From NCBI GenBank assembly GCA_043754475.1, contig JAYUUR010000112.1:1-56361 (forward strand): a DNA stretch of 56,361 nt, given 5' to 3'. The notes below the pieces were generated by a model that worked only from the letters and a program-made list of their open reading frames with translations, had not been told where the DNA came from and did no database searches. Each line of letters begins with the position of its first letter. The stretch's first letter is position 1. Source of the DNA: Saprospiraceae bacterium (GTDB taxonomy: Bacteria; Bacteroidota; Bacteroidia; Chitinophagales; Saprospiraceae). A program made the translations under genes and the position numbers. Shown one piece after another: positions 9,045 through 18,970 of the stretch.

Positions 9045-10235
9045 TTAATTATCGCCTTCTATATCTTTAAACGATGCTGCATCGAATAAAAGTGAGAAAC
9101 GCAATGTATTATCCAATGGACCGCGTTGACTTGAAGTCGGTACAAGGTATGATAAATTGATACCCAACACATTGTATTTCAAACCCAAACCCACTGTGAA
9201 AAACTGGCGTCCACCTTTTGATTTGTTCTCATAGAAATAACCTGCGCGGACTGCAAATTGCTTATCGTACCAATATTCAATACCTACTGAATATGTTAAT
9301 TCCTTCACCTCTTCGCCAAATCCACCCGGTGCATCGCCAAAAGATTTGAAAATACCTGAAACTGGACTCAATGATCTCCACGCTGCCGTTGAATCAGAAG
9401 GCTGAGGTGTTGGTACTAATAATTTATTGATGTCGGCAGCAATCACGATGCTGTTATACTGGTCGAAAGGAATATCCCATGCAGCACCAATACCCAAGTT
9501 AGTTGGTAAAAAATCAGCTGACCGTAAATAAGTAATTTTATTGCCAACGTTAGAAATGACTGCTCCTACGGTCAAATCAGATTTGCCAGCAGCCGTTTTC
9601 ATCGGTTTTTTATAGGTGACTGAAAAATCAACAGCACCTGCTATACCCGATTGAATGCGATCGCCACCGCCACCATCAGGACTTTGACCCGAAGCTAAGT
9701 TGGAATAAATAAATTTACCCGTTGCACCAACAGCGAGGTTCGGACTTAACTGACGTGAATACGAAGCGGCAATTTCAAACTCGCGCGGGCTGCCTTCGCC
9801 TAATGGTTGAGCGTTAAAATCCGTCCAAGTGATGTTACCAAGAGAGAAATAGCGCAAGCCAATACCCACCGCTTGCTTGACTTTAGAGCCGAATTGGTAA
9901 AAACCTGTGCCGTATGCCATATAAATATCATTGACACCTAAATTACGCAACCAAGGCGTATAACTCAATGAAGCACCAAAGTTTTGATTGGCAAATGCTA
10001 ATTTTGAAGCATTGAAGTTGATAGAATTGGCATCAGCACTGAGTCCGATTCCTACATCACCCATTGCACCTGAACGCGCGTCAGGATTGATGCGCAAGAA
10101 AGGAACGGCTGTTTGAACTGTGCCACCACATTCTTGACCATTTGGAAGAAAGCCGCCTATACATTGGGCGAGTGCTGTGTTTTTTGTCGTTAAAACGAAG
10201 GTTAACGCAAGAGCGAAAATGGCGATTTTTTTCAT
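9045..10235 (-). CDS. porV: T9SS outer-membrane channel/shuttle protein PorV (LptO)
   Basis: Contains the FLRINPDARSGAMGDVG block typical of PorV and a beta-barrel pattern. It lies immediately downstream of porU. The likely start is the ATG at 10235 (MKKIAIFALALTFVL... signal peptide); the track ORF extends to 10298. Confidence 0.85.
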   Translation of the reverse strand: MKKIAIFALALTFVLTTKNTALAQCIGGFLPNGQECGGTVQTAVPFLRINPDARSGAMGDVGIGLSADANSINFNASKLAFANQNFGASLSYTPWLRNLGVNDIYMAYGTGFYQFGSKVKQAVGIGLRYFSLGNITWTDFNAQPLGEGSPREFEIAASYSRQLSPNLAVGATGKFIYSNLASGQSPDGGGGDRIQSGIAGAVDFSVTYKKPMKTAAGKSDLTVGAVISNVGNKITYLRSADFLPTNLGIGAAWDIPFDQYNSIVIAADINKLLVPTPQPSDSTAAWRSLSPVSGIFKSFGDAPGGFGEEVKELTYSVGIEYWYDKQFAVRAGYFYENKSKGGRQFFTVGLGLKYNVLGINLSYLVPTSSQRGPLDNTLRFSLLFDAASFKDIEGDN

Positions 10236-10455
10236 GTCCCGTAGAGATTTATCAAATTTAAAGTCTGAAAAAAGTTTGCAAAAATAGATTTTGTTCATAA
10301 ATAAATACCTTTTTAAACGATTATGCTTGTTTTTAAGTATTGGCTGAGGAATCTTATTTCAATATTTTTAGATGTTATTTATAAATTGTTGATTTTCAGC
10401 ATTTTAACAGAATTTTAACTATTAAGTTATTTTTTAAAACGGAAAAATTACAAGA

Positions 10456-13400
10456 TTATTTCAAAATCACTAATTTTTCAAAATCACTTTCAGCCGTTAA
10501 TTTCTTACCTTTCACATCTTTACCCGTTATTTTTACTCGATAAAGATATACGCCGCGAGCGAGTTCACCCCCATAATCATCCTTACCATCCCAATTAATA
10601 TCGGCTATTCGATACCCCTCAGTATTTACATCTTGATCAATGGATTTAACGATTTTACCACTGACTGTAAAAATATTCACGCGCACATGTAGTTGTTGAC
10701 CGACTAAATTATGCTCGAACTGAAACTTTGTTTTTGTGGTAAATGGATTAGGATAATTCAATACATGACTCAAAGCCGCCTTTGCATTTGAAGCTACTAT
10801 AAATTCAGTATAACCTTCGGCTGCATTATTTGCTACATCCCATGCTTTCACTTTGATTTTATGCTTGCCCAAAGCCAATTTACTGAGGGGGTATCGCACT
10901 ACCCCTTTTGTCGGATCGTCTTTAACGGCTTCATAAAAATTATTGAGTGGCACTGTATTTTTTGCTTCATCCAGCGTGCCCGCCAAATCATGACCGATGC
11001 TTGTTCCTGCAATATTAATACCATTATCATCACTTAACTTAACATATAGCGTCGGATTAGGGTCAGTCATGCCGCCGAAAACAAAATTGTCATCATTCAT
11101 ATACACCTGCACAAGCGGCGGCTGATTATCCGCTGATACTGAGGGGTCGGTGCCCCCGATGATAAAATTCTCAAAATTACCGGCACCGTCCGTAGAGCCA
11201 TCGGTAGCGTAATAACTGATTTTTCCGTTTGAAAAAGAATAATCAATATCTTTTGGAATGATAAAAGAGAATTTCCATTCACCATTTTTAACTGTTGCAG
11301 CACCTTTGAAAAGTATATTTCTTTGAATCGTAAAATCCCTGACATAACTGCTGGGGTCTTGACCCAATGTTCTTAAAGTGGTTGCTTTATCATAAACGGT
11401 GGGATATAATGTACCATTAAAATTTTTCAGAATCAATCCGTTATCGTCTAAAACAGTGCCTTCAATCGTCACTCTTTGCAAGGCGCGCACTGTATCAGCA
11501 GTAGCATTAGCAACTTTGTTGTTGATTTTTAAAGTACCTACATTATAACGTGGCAAGGCTAAACGCATGGATGGGTCGCCTATGAGTGTGAATTTATTGC
11601 CATTATTGCCCGTTCTCGTAGCATTTTTAGCAGAAGTAATGATTTCTCCAATTGTCTGCGCCTTGTTATTGGCTTTTTTGAAAATAGTGTCAAATACCGC
11701 AGTCGTCAATTCAGCATTACTATTGGCATAAACTGCCCGAACGGTTGATAACAGCGCAATGACACCGCCGTTGGGATTTAAAAGGGCAATTTCACCCGCC
11801 GCTTCTTCTTTCGGATTGTCGTAACCGCTAAACGAACAAGTGGCTGTAATAAATAGAGGTAATTTATCAAAATTGCGCCATGTATCCAATTCCTCTCTCG
11901 TGAGTACTGCCTCTTGAGCCAATCGTTTGGGTCCGCCATGTCCTAAATAGCACATGGTCAAAACGCCTTTAAATTGGTCTTGATAAAGGGATTCATTCAG
12001 TGCAGGAACGCGCGTACCCCCTGCGGAAACGACTTGTGGAAACGCATCCACATATAATTTATCTAAATTAATATTCTTTTCACCCCCAAAAACATTATCA
12101 GCTATGCGGTCGCAATCGTTCATGTGGGCATTGGCATCTTCATCGTCTGCCATGAATACGGCTCGATTGCGCCAATCACCTAAGGCTGACGGGCTTTCAT
12201 AATTCAAAATTTTACGCACTACGGCATCTGCTTCGGTAGCTGTTTTGCAAACGATGCGTCCAACGGCAATATCCAAATCGCCTTCCAAATCTTCACCCCC
12301 CTCAGTATCGGAGAGCAAAGCGTAATAATCATCACTTGGATAAGATTCGATGCCGTCAAAATCACTATCCACTTCGTAAGGGGGAATAAAATCGCTGGGT
12401 TGAAGGTTGCCCAAAGGATAAATGCGCTTATAATCAAACGAACCATCGCCCATGAGGAGCATATATTTGAAACGAAGATTGCGGGTGAGTAATAAGCGAG
12501 CGAAATCTCGAATAGCCGAAGGGTCGAGCGCGCCACTCGAAAATTCATTATAAATCTGACCGATTTCCGCTAATTCTACGGTGAAACCAGATTTTTTACG
12601 GCGTTGCTCTGCAAGCGTTTTAGCAGCCGCTTCAAAATTTTTATGATAGACGATTATTAAGTCAATATTATCAATGGCGTGTAAATTTTGATTCGCTATT
12701 TTACCAACTGCCGTGGGTTTAAGCAAGGCTGCGCTTTTATCAAAAGCCACAAATTCTTTTAAGGTATTATTTGTTGCAGCACCAAAACTTAATGTATTTC
12801 CTGCAAGTGTAAACTCTTGATTTTTAGGCTTTTGTAGATTTGTTATATCCCAAATAAGGGTATTACCGCTGGCATTGGCTACTTGAAAATTAGTCGTTGC
12901 AAAGTTCATACTTTTCACATCTCTAAAGCTCAATTGGCTCTCCGTCAATTGCAAACGCCTACGTGCATTGACTTGAATAAAATCCAACCAACCCAATCTG
13001 CCTTCTGAGGAGGGGTATGCTACTTTGATGTCAATATTTTCACCTGAAGGAATGTATTTTCCATAAATATCATCCATATCTGCCATTTTATCTTCGGAAG
13101 GATTGCTACCCGCAGCGGAAATATAGCCCGTATAACTTTGCCCTGAGGAGGTGACCGTGAAATTGATTAGCCCACTGGTGATACCTGCAAATTGTACCCT
13201 CAATTTAACCGAATCCGCAGCAATAATATTTGGAAATTTGAATTTATCGGTATAAGTGCGCTCTTGAACGCTGCTGACAAAGGCATCGCCGAACCAAAGT
13301 TTACCCGTGCCTTGCGTACAATTGCAAGGTTGACTGGCAAAAAGATTGATTTTATCCTCTTCCAAACGGAGGTAATCATTGAAAGCCGTAGAGGTAAAAG

Positions 13401-14310
13401 TTGTATTGGAAAGAGAATTTTGAGTAGCGGCTCTTAAACCATTGCCGCCATTAATTTTAATAAAATAAAAACTTTCGTTGGCATATACATTTTTAGGGCG
13501 ATTGAACTCCAAGTTTTTACTATCAAAATACCATTTATCGGGACCTACGCCATAAAATAAAATATAGTCCCCTGCATCAAATTTGCCATCCGCTTCGCCT
13601 GAAATAACCACTGAGTTTTCAATCAAATCATCGGGTCTTGCAGTTGCATTGGCTTCGGGCAGTATACCGCCGCCGTTGCCATATATTTTAATAGTTCGGG
13701 GGTCAATTTGGTCAATATTGGCTATTTTTAATTGGTTTTTTAAAAAATCATAATCCAATTTAAAAACACCTGTTTCTTTAATTGAAACTTTATAAATATC
13801 ACCATCTTTTAAAGCCGATTCTCGCGTACCAAGCAACCCTCTTTCGGCAATGCGTGTTTTAGATGGTTGAAAGGCAATGCGTAATTCAAAATCAGTCAAT
13901 TTTTCAAGATTAGTACCCGTTTTGCGAATCGGGATAAATTCAATATTTCCAAAATATTTACCCCGCTCCTGCGTTACAATGGCTGAAAGAACCACGTTTT
14001 CAGAAAGCTGGGAATGGTCTTTATCGGCTCTAATACTGAGGGGGGTAAATTGCGTATTATTAAAATCAACGCTCAATTGACCATCGGATTCCAAAGGGAA
14101 ACGATAGACGAAAACAGGCAAAGTCTGCGTTTTATGTTTGCTATACACCGCCCCTTTGAAAGTTGCCATTTCACGACTTTGCTTATTAGGAATCTGATTG
14201 ACCAACGGCTTTTCCGCCCATACGAGAACTCGGCGCAGTGTAAAAGAAGACTGAGCCAATGAAAACGTTAAACCGACGATGGTGAGGAGTGTTGTAAAGA
14301 TAAATTTCAT
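10456..14310 (-). CDS. porU: T9SS C-terminal signal peptidase/sortase PorU (peptidase C25 family)
   Basis: 1284-aa ORF with a signal peptide, a gingipain-like C25 core, and a C-terminal NYPNPF... sorting-domain-like end. It is adjacent to porV, as in other Bacteroidota. Confidence 0.8.
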   Translation of the reverse strand: MKFIFTTLLTIVGLTFSLAQSSFTLRRVLVWAEKPLVNQIPNKQSREMATFKGAVYSKHKTQTLPVFVYRFPLESDGQLSVDFNNTQFTPLSIRADKDHSQLSENVVLSAIVTQERGKYFGNIEFIPIRKTGTNLEKLTDFELRIAFQPSKTRIAERGLLGTRESALKDGDIYKVSIKETGVFKLDYDFLKNQLKIANIDQIDPRTIKIYGNGGGILPEANATARPDDLIENSVVISGEADGKFDAGDYILFYGVGPDKWYFDSKNLEFNRPKNVYANESFYFIKINGGNGLRAATQNSLSNTTFTSTAFNDYLRLEEDKINLFASQPCNCTQGTGKLWFGDAFVSSVQERTYTDKFKFPNIIAADSVKLRVQFAGITSGLINFTVTSSGQSYTGYISAAGSNPSEDKMADMDDIYGKYIPSGENIDIKVAYPSSEGRLGWLDFIQVNARRRLQLTESQLSFRDVKSMNFATTNFQVANASGNTLIWDITNLQKPKNQEFTLAGNTLSFGAATNNTLKEFVAFDKSAALLKPTAVGKIANQNLHAIDNIDLIIVYHKNFEAAAKTLAEQRRKKSGFTVELAEIGQIYNEFSSGALDPSAIRDFARLLLTRNLRFKYMLLMGDGSFDYKRIYPLGNLQPSDFIPPYEVDSDFDGIESYPSDDYYALLSDTEGGEDLEGDLDIAVGRIVCKTATEADAVVRKILNYESPSALGDWRNRAVFMADDEDANAHMNDCDRIADNVFGGEKNINLDKLYVDAFPQVVSAGGTRVPALNESLYQDQFKGVLTMCYLGHGGPKRLAQEAVLTREELDTWRNFDKLPLFITATCSFSGYDNPKEEAAGEIALLNPNGGVIALLSTVRAVYANSNAELTTAVFDTIFKKANNKAQTIGEIITSAKNATRTGNNGNKFTLIGDPSMRLALPRYNVGTLKINNKVANATADTVRALQRVTIEGTVLDDNGLILKNFNGTLYPTVYDKATTLRTLGQDPSSYVRDFTIQRNILFKGAATVKNGEWKFSFIIPKDIDYSFSNGKISYYATDGSTDGAGNFENFIIGGTDPSVSADNQPPLVQVYMNDDNFVFGGMTDPNPTLYVKLSDDNGINIAGTSIGHDLAGTLDEAKNTVPLNNFYEAVKDDPTKGVVRYPLSKLALGKHKIKVKAWDVANNAAEGYTEFIVASNAKAALSHVLNYPNPFTTKTKFQFEHNLVGQQLHVRVNIFTVSGKIVKSIDQDVNTEGYRIADINWDGKDDYGGELARGVYLYRVKITGKDVKGKKLTAESDFEKLVILK

Positions 14311-14479
14311 ATCTTGCGTTGACTAAATTAAATGATTAAATTTGAATGTAAAAATGAAATCAAAATTTGTTATAAAAACGTTAAGCAGATTTCATTATTG
14401 CTAAAATTGATAATAATTAACATATTTTGTAGAGACAAAAGTAATGCATTTCAAAGTTTTAATAGCCAATCACTAACAG

Positions 14480-15499
14480 ATGAATAAAAAATTACTGTTT
14501 GCGCTTTTACTCGGTTTTATACTGAGGGGGTTTGATGCTCAGGCTCAAGACCCTGTTTTCAGCCAATTTTATGCTTCTCCCTTGCAGCTCAATCCAGCGT
14601 TTGCAGGCAGTGCAATGGCGCCTTTCATCGCGCTCAATTATAGGATGCAATATCCAGGATTCAGTGGTGGCGCGGCTTATTCTACTTTTGCAGCCAGCTT
14701 CGACCAGCATCTGAAAGGTTTGAACAGCGGCATCGGTTTTAGCCTCATGACTGACGATGCAGGGCAAGGGATTTTGAAAAAAACGTATGCCAGTGCTGTT
14801 TACTCCTATAAAGTGGATATTAATAAACAACTTTCTACGCGTATAGGCATCGAAGCAGGTTTTATCCAAAGCAATTTGAATTGGGACAAATTGGTTTTTG
14901 GCGATCAATTAGACGCTATCAATGGACCGACTAATCCAGATGGTTCTGTACGACCTTCCTCTGAAATACGTCCTGAAAAAACTAACAATACCTTATTCGA
15001 TATATCAACGGGCATATTGGTTTATGGTGCAGGATTTCATGGTGGCTTAGTGGCAAAGCATTTAGCGACACCTAATGAAGGCTTTTTGAATGTCAATCAG
15101 AACTTAAAAATAGGTTTACCCATGCGCTTGACTGCACATGCGGGCTATGAATTTACACTAAAAAAAGCGACACGTTACAGCCCTTCTAATTTTATTTCTC
15201 CGACGGTCATGTTTGTGAAACAAGGAGATTTTGCTCAATTGATGGTGGGTACTTATGCGGGTTTAGGTCCTATTATTGTCGGCGGTTGGTATCGCCATGC
15301 TTATACAAACCCTGAATCCGTTGTATTAATGATGGGTTTCAAGCAGGACTATTTTAAAATCGGCTATAGTTTTGATTATACTATCGGCTCACTTTCAGGC
15401 AGAACAGCAGGTTCTCATGAAATATCCTTGACCCTCAATCTCGACCCGGGGGCGGGTAAAAGAGTGGATATAAGTGACTGTTTTCAGATATTTAGGTAG
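14480..15499 (+). CDS. PorP/SprF family T9SS membrane protein
   Basis: 339-aa ORF with a signal peptide followed by QDPVFSQFYASPLQLNPAFAG, the hallmark N-terminal block of PorP/SprF proteins. Confidence 0.8.
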   Translation: MNKKLLFALLLGFILRGFDAQAQDPVFSQFYASPLQLNPAFAGSAMAPFIALNYRMQYPGFSGGAAYSTFAASFDQHLKGLNSGIGFSLMTDDAGQGILKKTYASAVYSYKVDINKQLSTRIGIEAGFIQSNLNWDKLVFGDQLDAINGPTNPDGSVRPSSEIRPEKTNNTLFDISTGILVYGAGFHGGLVAKHLATPNEGFLNVNQNLKIGLPMRLTAHAGYEFTLKKATRYSPSNFISPTVMFVKQGDFAQLMVGTYAGLGPIIVGGWYRHAYTNPESVVLMMGFKQDYFKIGYSFDYTIGSLSGRTAGSHEISLTLNLDPGAGKRVDISDCFQIFR

Positions 15500-15527
15500 T
15501 CATTTCATTTACATTTAAATGTTTAAT

Positions 15528-15568
15528 AAAAGCCGCCATTACAAATTGAGTAACGGCGGCTTTTACTA
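15528..15568 (+). terminator. Rho-independent terminator after the porP/sprF-like gene
   Basis: Stem aaaagccgccatta / taacggcggctttt (15528-15541 / 15551-15564, one mismatch) followed by a T run. Confidence 0.7.
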
Positions 15569-15612
15569 TTTGCCAAATTCTAAGTTGTTGATTAGTTGAT
15601 TAATAGTGTTTT

Positions 15613-16518
15613 ATGATGAAGCAATTTTTTACAAGTGTAAATCGTACCGCCAAACTGCATTTTACTGAGGGGGTCAAGTATATGGTGATTAGTACACTTT
15701 GTTTTACTGTTATGCAAGGTCTGATTAAATTTTTACCTCAAGACCGTATTCCTACCATCGAACAGACGTTTTTTCGCTCATTCATTACGGCTATATTTTG
15801 TGTGTTTTTTATGTTTAAAAAGCATATCCCTTTTGCTATTAAAAATGTAAAAATGATTTTGATACGGAGCATAGTCGGGTCTATTTCAATGTTTGCATTC
15901 TTTTATGTTTTACCTCGAATGCCTTTTGGCAGCTCTGTTACTATCAAGTATTTATCACCTGTTTTCACCGCTTTATTTGCTGGAGCAATGTTGAACGAAA
16001 GAATAAAACCCATCCAATGGATTTATATTTTAATGGCTTTTATCGGTATTACATTTTTGAAAGGATTTGATGACCGCATCGCTTTGATAGATTTGTTCAT
16101 TGCACTTATATCAGCCGTAACTGCAGGATTATTATACATCATACTTCGGCAAATTGGGAATGATGACCATCCTTATACAGTGGTTTTTTATTTTATGCTC
16201 ATCGCCAGTCTTATATCTGCCGTTTTGATGATTCCCTATTGGGTAACACCCACTATAGAAGACAGTTGGGTATTTTTAGGCGTCGGTTTTTCTGGATTTA
16301 TAGCTCAAATATATATGACCAAAGCCTTTCAAGAAAAAGAAGATGCCAATTATTTAGCCCAATTTAAGTACTTAGAAGCCGTTTTCGCCATCATCATTGG
16401 CTATTTATGGTTTGGCGAAACCTATAATTTTTTGAGCTTTTTGGGCATAGTACTCATATTTATTAGCCTCATTTTAAACATTCGTTTGAAATCGAAGGAA
16501 AAAGTCCTAACAAAATGA
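15613..16518 (+). CDS. DMT superfamily (EamA-type) transporter
   Basis: 301-aa ORF with about 10 predicted TM helices in two EamA-like halves. Confidence 0.7.
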   Translation: MMKQFFTSVNRTAKLHFTEGVKYMVISTLCFTVMQGLIKFLPQDRIPTIEQTFFRSFITAIFCVFFMFKKHIPFAIKNVKMILIRSIVGSISMFAFFYVLPRMPFGSSVTIKYLSPVFTALFAGAMLNERIKPIQWIYILMAFIGITFLKGFDDRIALIDLFIALISAVTAGLLYIILRQIGNDDHPYTVVFYFMLIASLISAVLMIPYWVTPTIEDSWVFLGVGFSGFIAQIYMTKAFQEKEDANYLAQFKYLEAVFAIIIGYLWFGETYNFLSFLGIVLIFISLILNIRLKSKEKVLTK

Positions 16519-16681
16519 AAAAATGGTATCAATTTGTTCTTGTTTTTGTAGTCTGTGCTTTTAGTAGAGATTAGGCAGTTGACAAACTTGACGGTATTAG
16601 GTTTGGTAGATAATCTATTTTCAGATGTAGTAAAAGAAAGGATTAGACGGTTTTGCCAAATTGTAAAGTCGAATTTTAAGC

Positions 16682-16691
16682 CCCCTCAGTA
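16682..16691 (-). repeat. Intergenic copy of the iterated word (CCCCTCAGTA on plus strand)
   Basis: Exact 10-mer. It forms the left flank of the AbiE cassette. Confidence 0.95.
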
Positions 16692-16780
16692 TAAAAACAC
16701 TTTTTCAAGTAAATCGTACATAAAACTTGATATTTGTTTTTCTTTTTACTTACATTTGTACTTTATAAAATTTATAGAAA

Positions 16781-17506
16781 ATGAAAGTAGCACAAAAAAT
16801 AGTAAAAAAGATAGCGCAAATGCCCGAAGGTACAGTGTTTGGGTATCAAGATATGGGCATTGATGCGCATGAATATGGTGCTGCCGCAAAATCAATAGGC
16901 ATATTGATAGCAGGGGGAACGTTAAAAAGAGCTTCAAAAGGCATTTTTTATAAGCCCAGACAAACAGTATTTGGCGTTGCGAAGCCTCGGGAAGAAGAAT
17001 TGATGAAACAATATCTTTTTAAAAATGGACAAAGAGTGGCATATATCACAGGTTCAAGTTTATATAACAAAATGGGGTTGACAATGCAAGTGCCTTTTAA
17101 TCTCAAAATTGCCAGCAAGACAAGACGCACGACTGTATCTATTGGCAATATGAAAATTAGACCTGCACGGAGTTATGCTGATGTTACAAACGAAAATTAT
17201 TACTTATTGGGTCTGTTAGATGCAATTAAAGATTTTAACCGTATTCCTGATAAGGATAGTAATACGGTCATAAAAATATTGACCAATAGAGTGAAAGAAC
17301 TTGATGCCAATGAGACGAAAGAAATCATACAATATGCTTTAATGTATCCGCCGCGTGTAAGGGCTTTGTTTGGTGCAATTGTAGAAAATGCGGGTAAAAC
17401 ATCAGAATTAGATACTATTAGAGGCAGTCTTAGCCCACTTTCTAAATATAAATACGGTATTAAAAACACTGTTCTAACAAACACTTCTAAATGGAATTTA
17501 ATATAA
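16781..17506 (+). CDS. AbiEi-like antitoxin / transcriptional regulator (DUF6088-type partner of AbiEii)
   Basis: 241-aa ORF ending 6 nt before the AbiEii gene. The N-terminal region (…GTVFGYQDMG…RASKGIFYKP) resembles the wHTH-containing partners found with AbiEii toxins. The assignment rests mainly on the genetic pairing. Confidence 0.6.
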   Translation: MKVAQKIVKKIAQMPEGTVFGYQDMGIDAHEYGAAAKSIGILIAGGTLKRASKGIFYKPRQTVFGVAKPREEELMKQYLFKNGQRVAYITGSSLYNKMGLTMQVPFNLKIASKTRRTTVSIGNMKIRPARSYADVTNENYYLLGLLDAIKDFNRIPDKDSNTVIKILTNRVKELDANETKEIIQYALMYPPRVRALFGAIVENAGKTSELDTIRGSLSPLSKYKYGIKNTVLTNTSKWNLI

Positions 17507-17512
17507 AGCAAT

Positions 17513-18520
17513 ATGAAACTACACGAAAATAAGAAGTTATTTCAAGATGCTGTTATTATAACGGCACAACAAAAAGGATTAAGTGAAACCATTATAGAAA
17601 AAGATTATTGGGTTACGGTTGCTTTATATACTATTTTTACAAATGAAATAGGCAATGAAACCGTCTTTAAAGGTGGCACTTCATTGTCTAAGTGCTTTCA
17701 ATTAATTGAACGATTTTCAGAGGATATAGATTTGGTCGTCTTTAGGAGAGAAGGCGAAACCGGCAATAAGATGAAAGATAAAATAATCAAAATAGGGGAA
17801 TGTGTTAAAAACGTTCTCTGTGAAATACCCCGAGAAGGTAAAACTAATAAAAAAGGGATGAATAGAACAACTGTTCACCTTTTTGACCAGACTTTTCCAG
17901 GAGATTTAAAACAAGTAAATAATAATGAGATAACTTTAGAAGCAACTTGGTTAGGCAATGTTGAGCCTTATACGGAGTCTATGGTTCAGTCCTATATCTC
18001 AGAAATGATGTACAATCAGAATCAAACAGAACTGATAGAAACCTATAATATGCAACCGTTTACCTTTAAAGTGTTGGCGAAGGAAAGAACCTTTTGTGAA
18101 AAAATAATGAGTCTTGTTAAATTTTCTTTTAGTGAAAACGCTATTGAGGACTTAAATAAAAAAGTTAGGCACATCTACGATATTCATAAATTGCTTCAAA
18201 ATGAGGAAATCAATCAATTTTTCAATTCATTGGCTTTTGATGAGATGCTTTTGAAAGTGGGTAAAGATGACCTTATCAGCTATAAAAATAGAAATGCTTG
18301 GCTTGGAAATCACCCTTCAACTGCCATTTTGTTTTCAAATACAATAAATACGTGGAATCATATTAGTAAAACATACAATTCTAAATTTAAAGAAGAAATG
18401 GTTTTTGGTGAATTGCCTTCTGACAAAGACATTCTGGATACTTTGCATGAAGTTGCAAATCGATTGAAATCCATAAAATGGACTATTGAGTTAGGTGAAA
18501 CACACTCAAATATTGATTAA
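17513..18520 (+). CDS. Nucleotidyltransferase AbiEii/AbiGii toxin family protein
   Basis: 335-aa ORF with FKGGTSLSKCFQLIERFSEDIDLVV, the GGT(A/S)L...R.SEDID nucleotidyltransferase motif of the AbiEii (DUF1814) family. Confidence 0.8.
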   Translation: MKLHENKKLFQDAVIITAQQKGLSETIIEKDYWVTVALYTIFTNEIGNETVFKGGTSLSKCFQLIERFSEDIDLVVFRREGETGNKMKDKIIKIGECVKNVLCEIPREGKTNKKGMNRTTVHLFDQTFPGDLKQVNNNEITLEATWLGNVEPYTESMVQSYISEMMYNQNQTELIETYNMQPFTFKVLAKERTFCEKIMSLVKFSFSENAIEDLNKKVRHIYDIHKLLQNEEINQFFNSLAFDEMLLKVGKDDLISYKNRNAWLGNHPSTAILFSNTINTWNHISKTYNSKFKEEMVFGELPSDKDILDTLHEVANRLKSIKWTIELGETHSNID

Positions 18521-18930
18521 AAATGAGATTAAATTTAATACCTCTCAGTAAAACTTGTGAAAATGACCATTTTATTCGACACAACAACTATCAAGCAAAC
18601 TATAAAAACCCGCTTTCAACAAGCCACATAATGCATCGAAATAGCGATAGCATAGTTCACTGATACCCCAAGTCACAAATATTACTTACTAAAATCATAA
18701 GACTCAAGAGTTTGGCATAAGTTTGGGGAACTAAAGAAGCCTATACTATTTTGGTTATTAAACACTTTTAAAATAAAACAATATCTTGTAGTATTTAAGA
18801 CGTATATATAAATGCGGAAAGAGTTTTAATTTTAGTTAAATTTTAGACTAAAATCAATAATCAATAAAATAAACTCCTTCGCAGAGCGTTAAAATGCGAA
18901 CAGAAAAGGAAAGAGATTTAACAAAATAAG

Positions 18931-18938
18931 TATATTTG
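18931..18938 (+). promoter_or_regulatory. Candidate Bacteroidota -7 promoter box (TAnnTTTG) for gldJ
   Basis: TATATTTG lies 33 nt upstream of the gldJ ATG. I did not find a well-spaced -33 TTTG. Confidence 0.3.
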
Positions 18939-18970
18939 CGCGTTCAATTTAAAAAACGTTTCATTCAACG

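Noticed and set aside
16555-16863. 102-aa ORF upstream of, and overlapping, the AbiEi-like gene.
   Set aside because: It is low-complexity and AT-rich, spans an intergenic copy of the iterated word (read as PPQY), and overlaps the better-supported 16781 start. It is probably non-coding.
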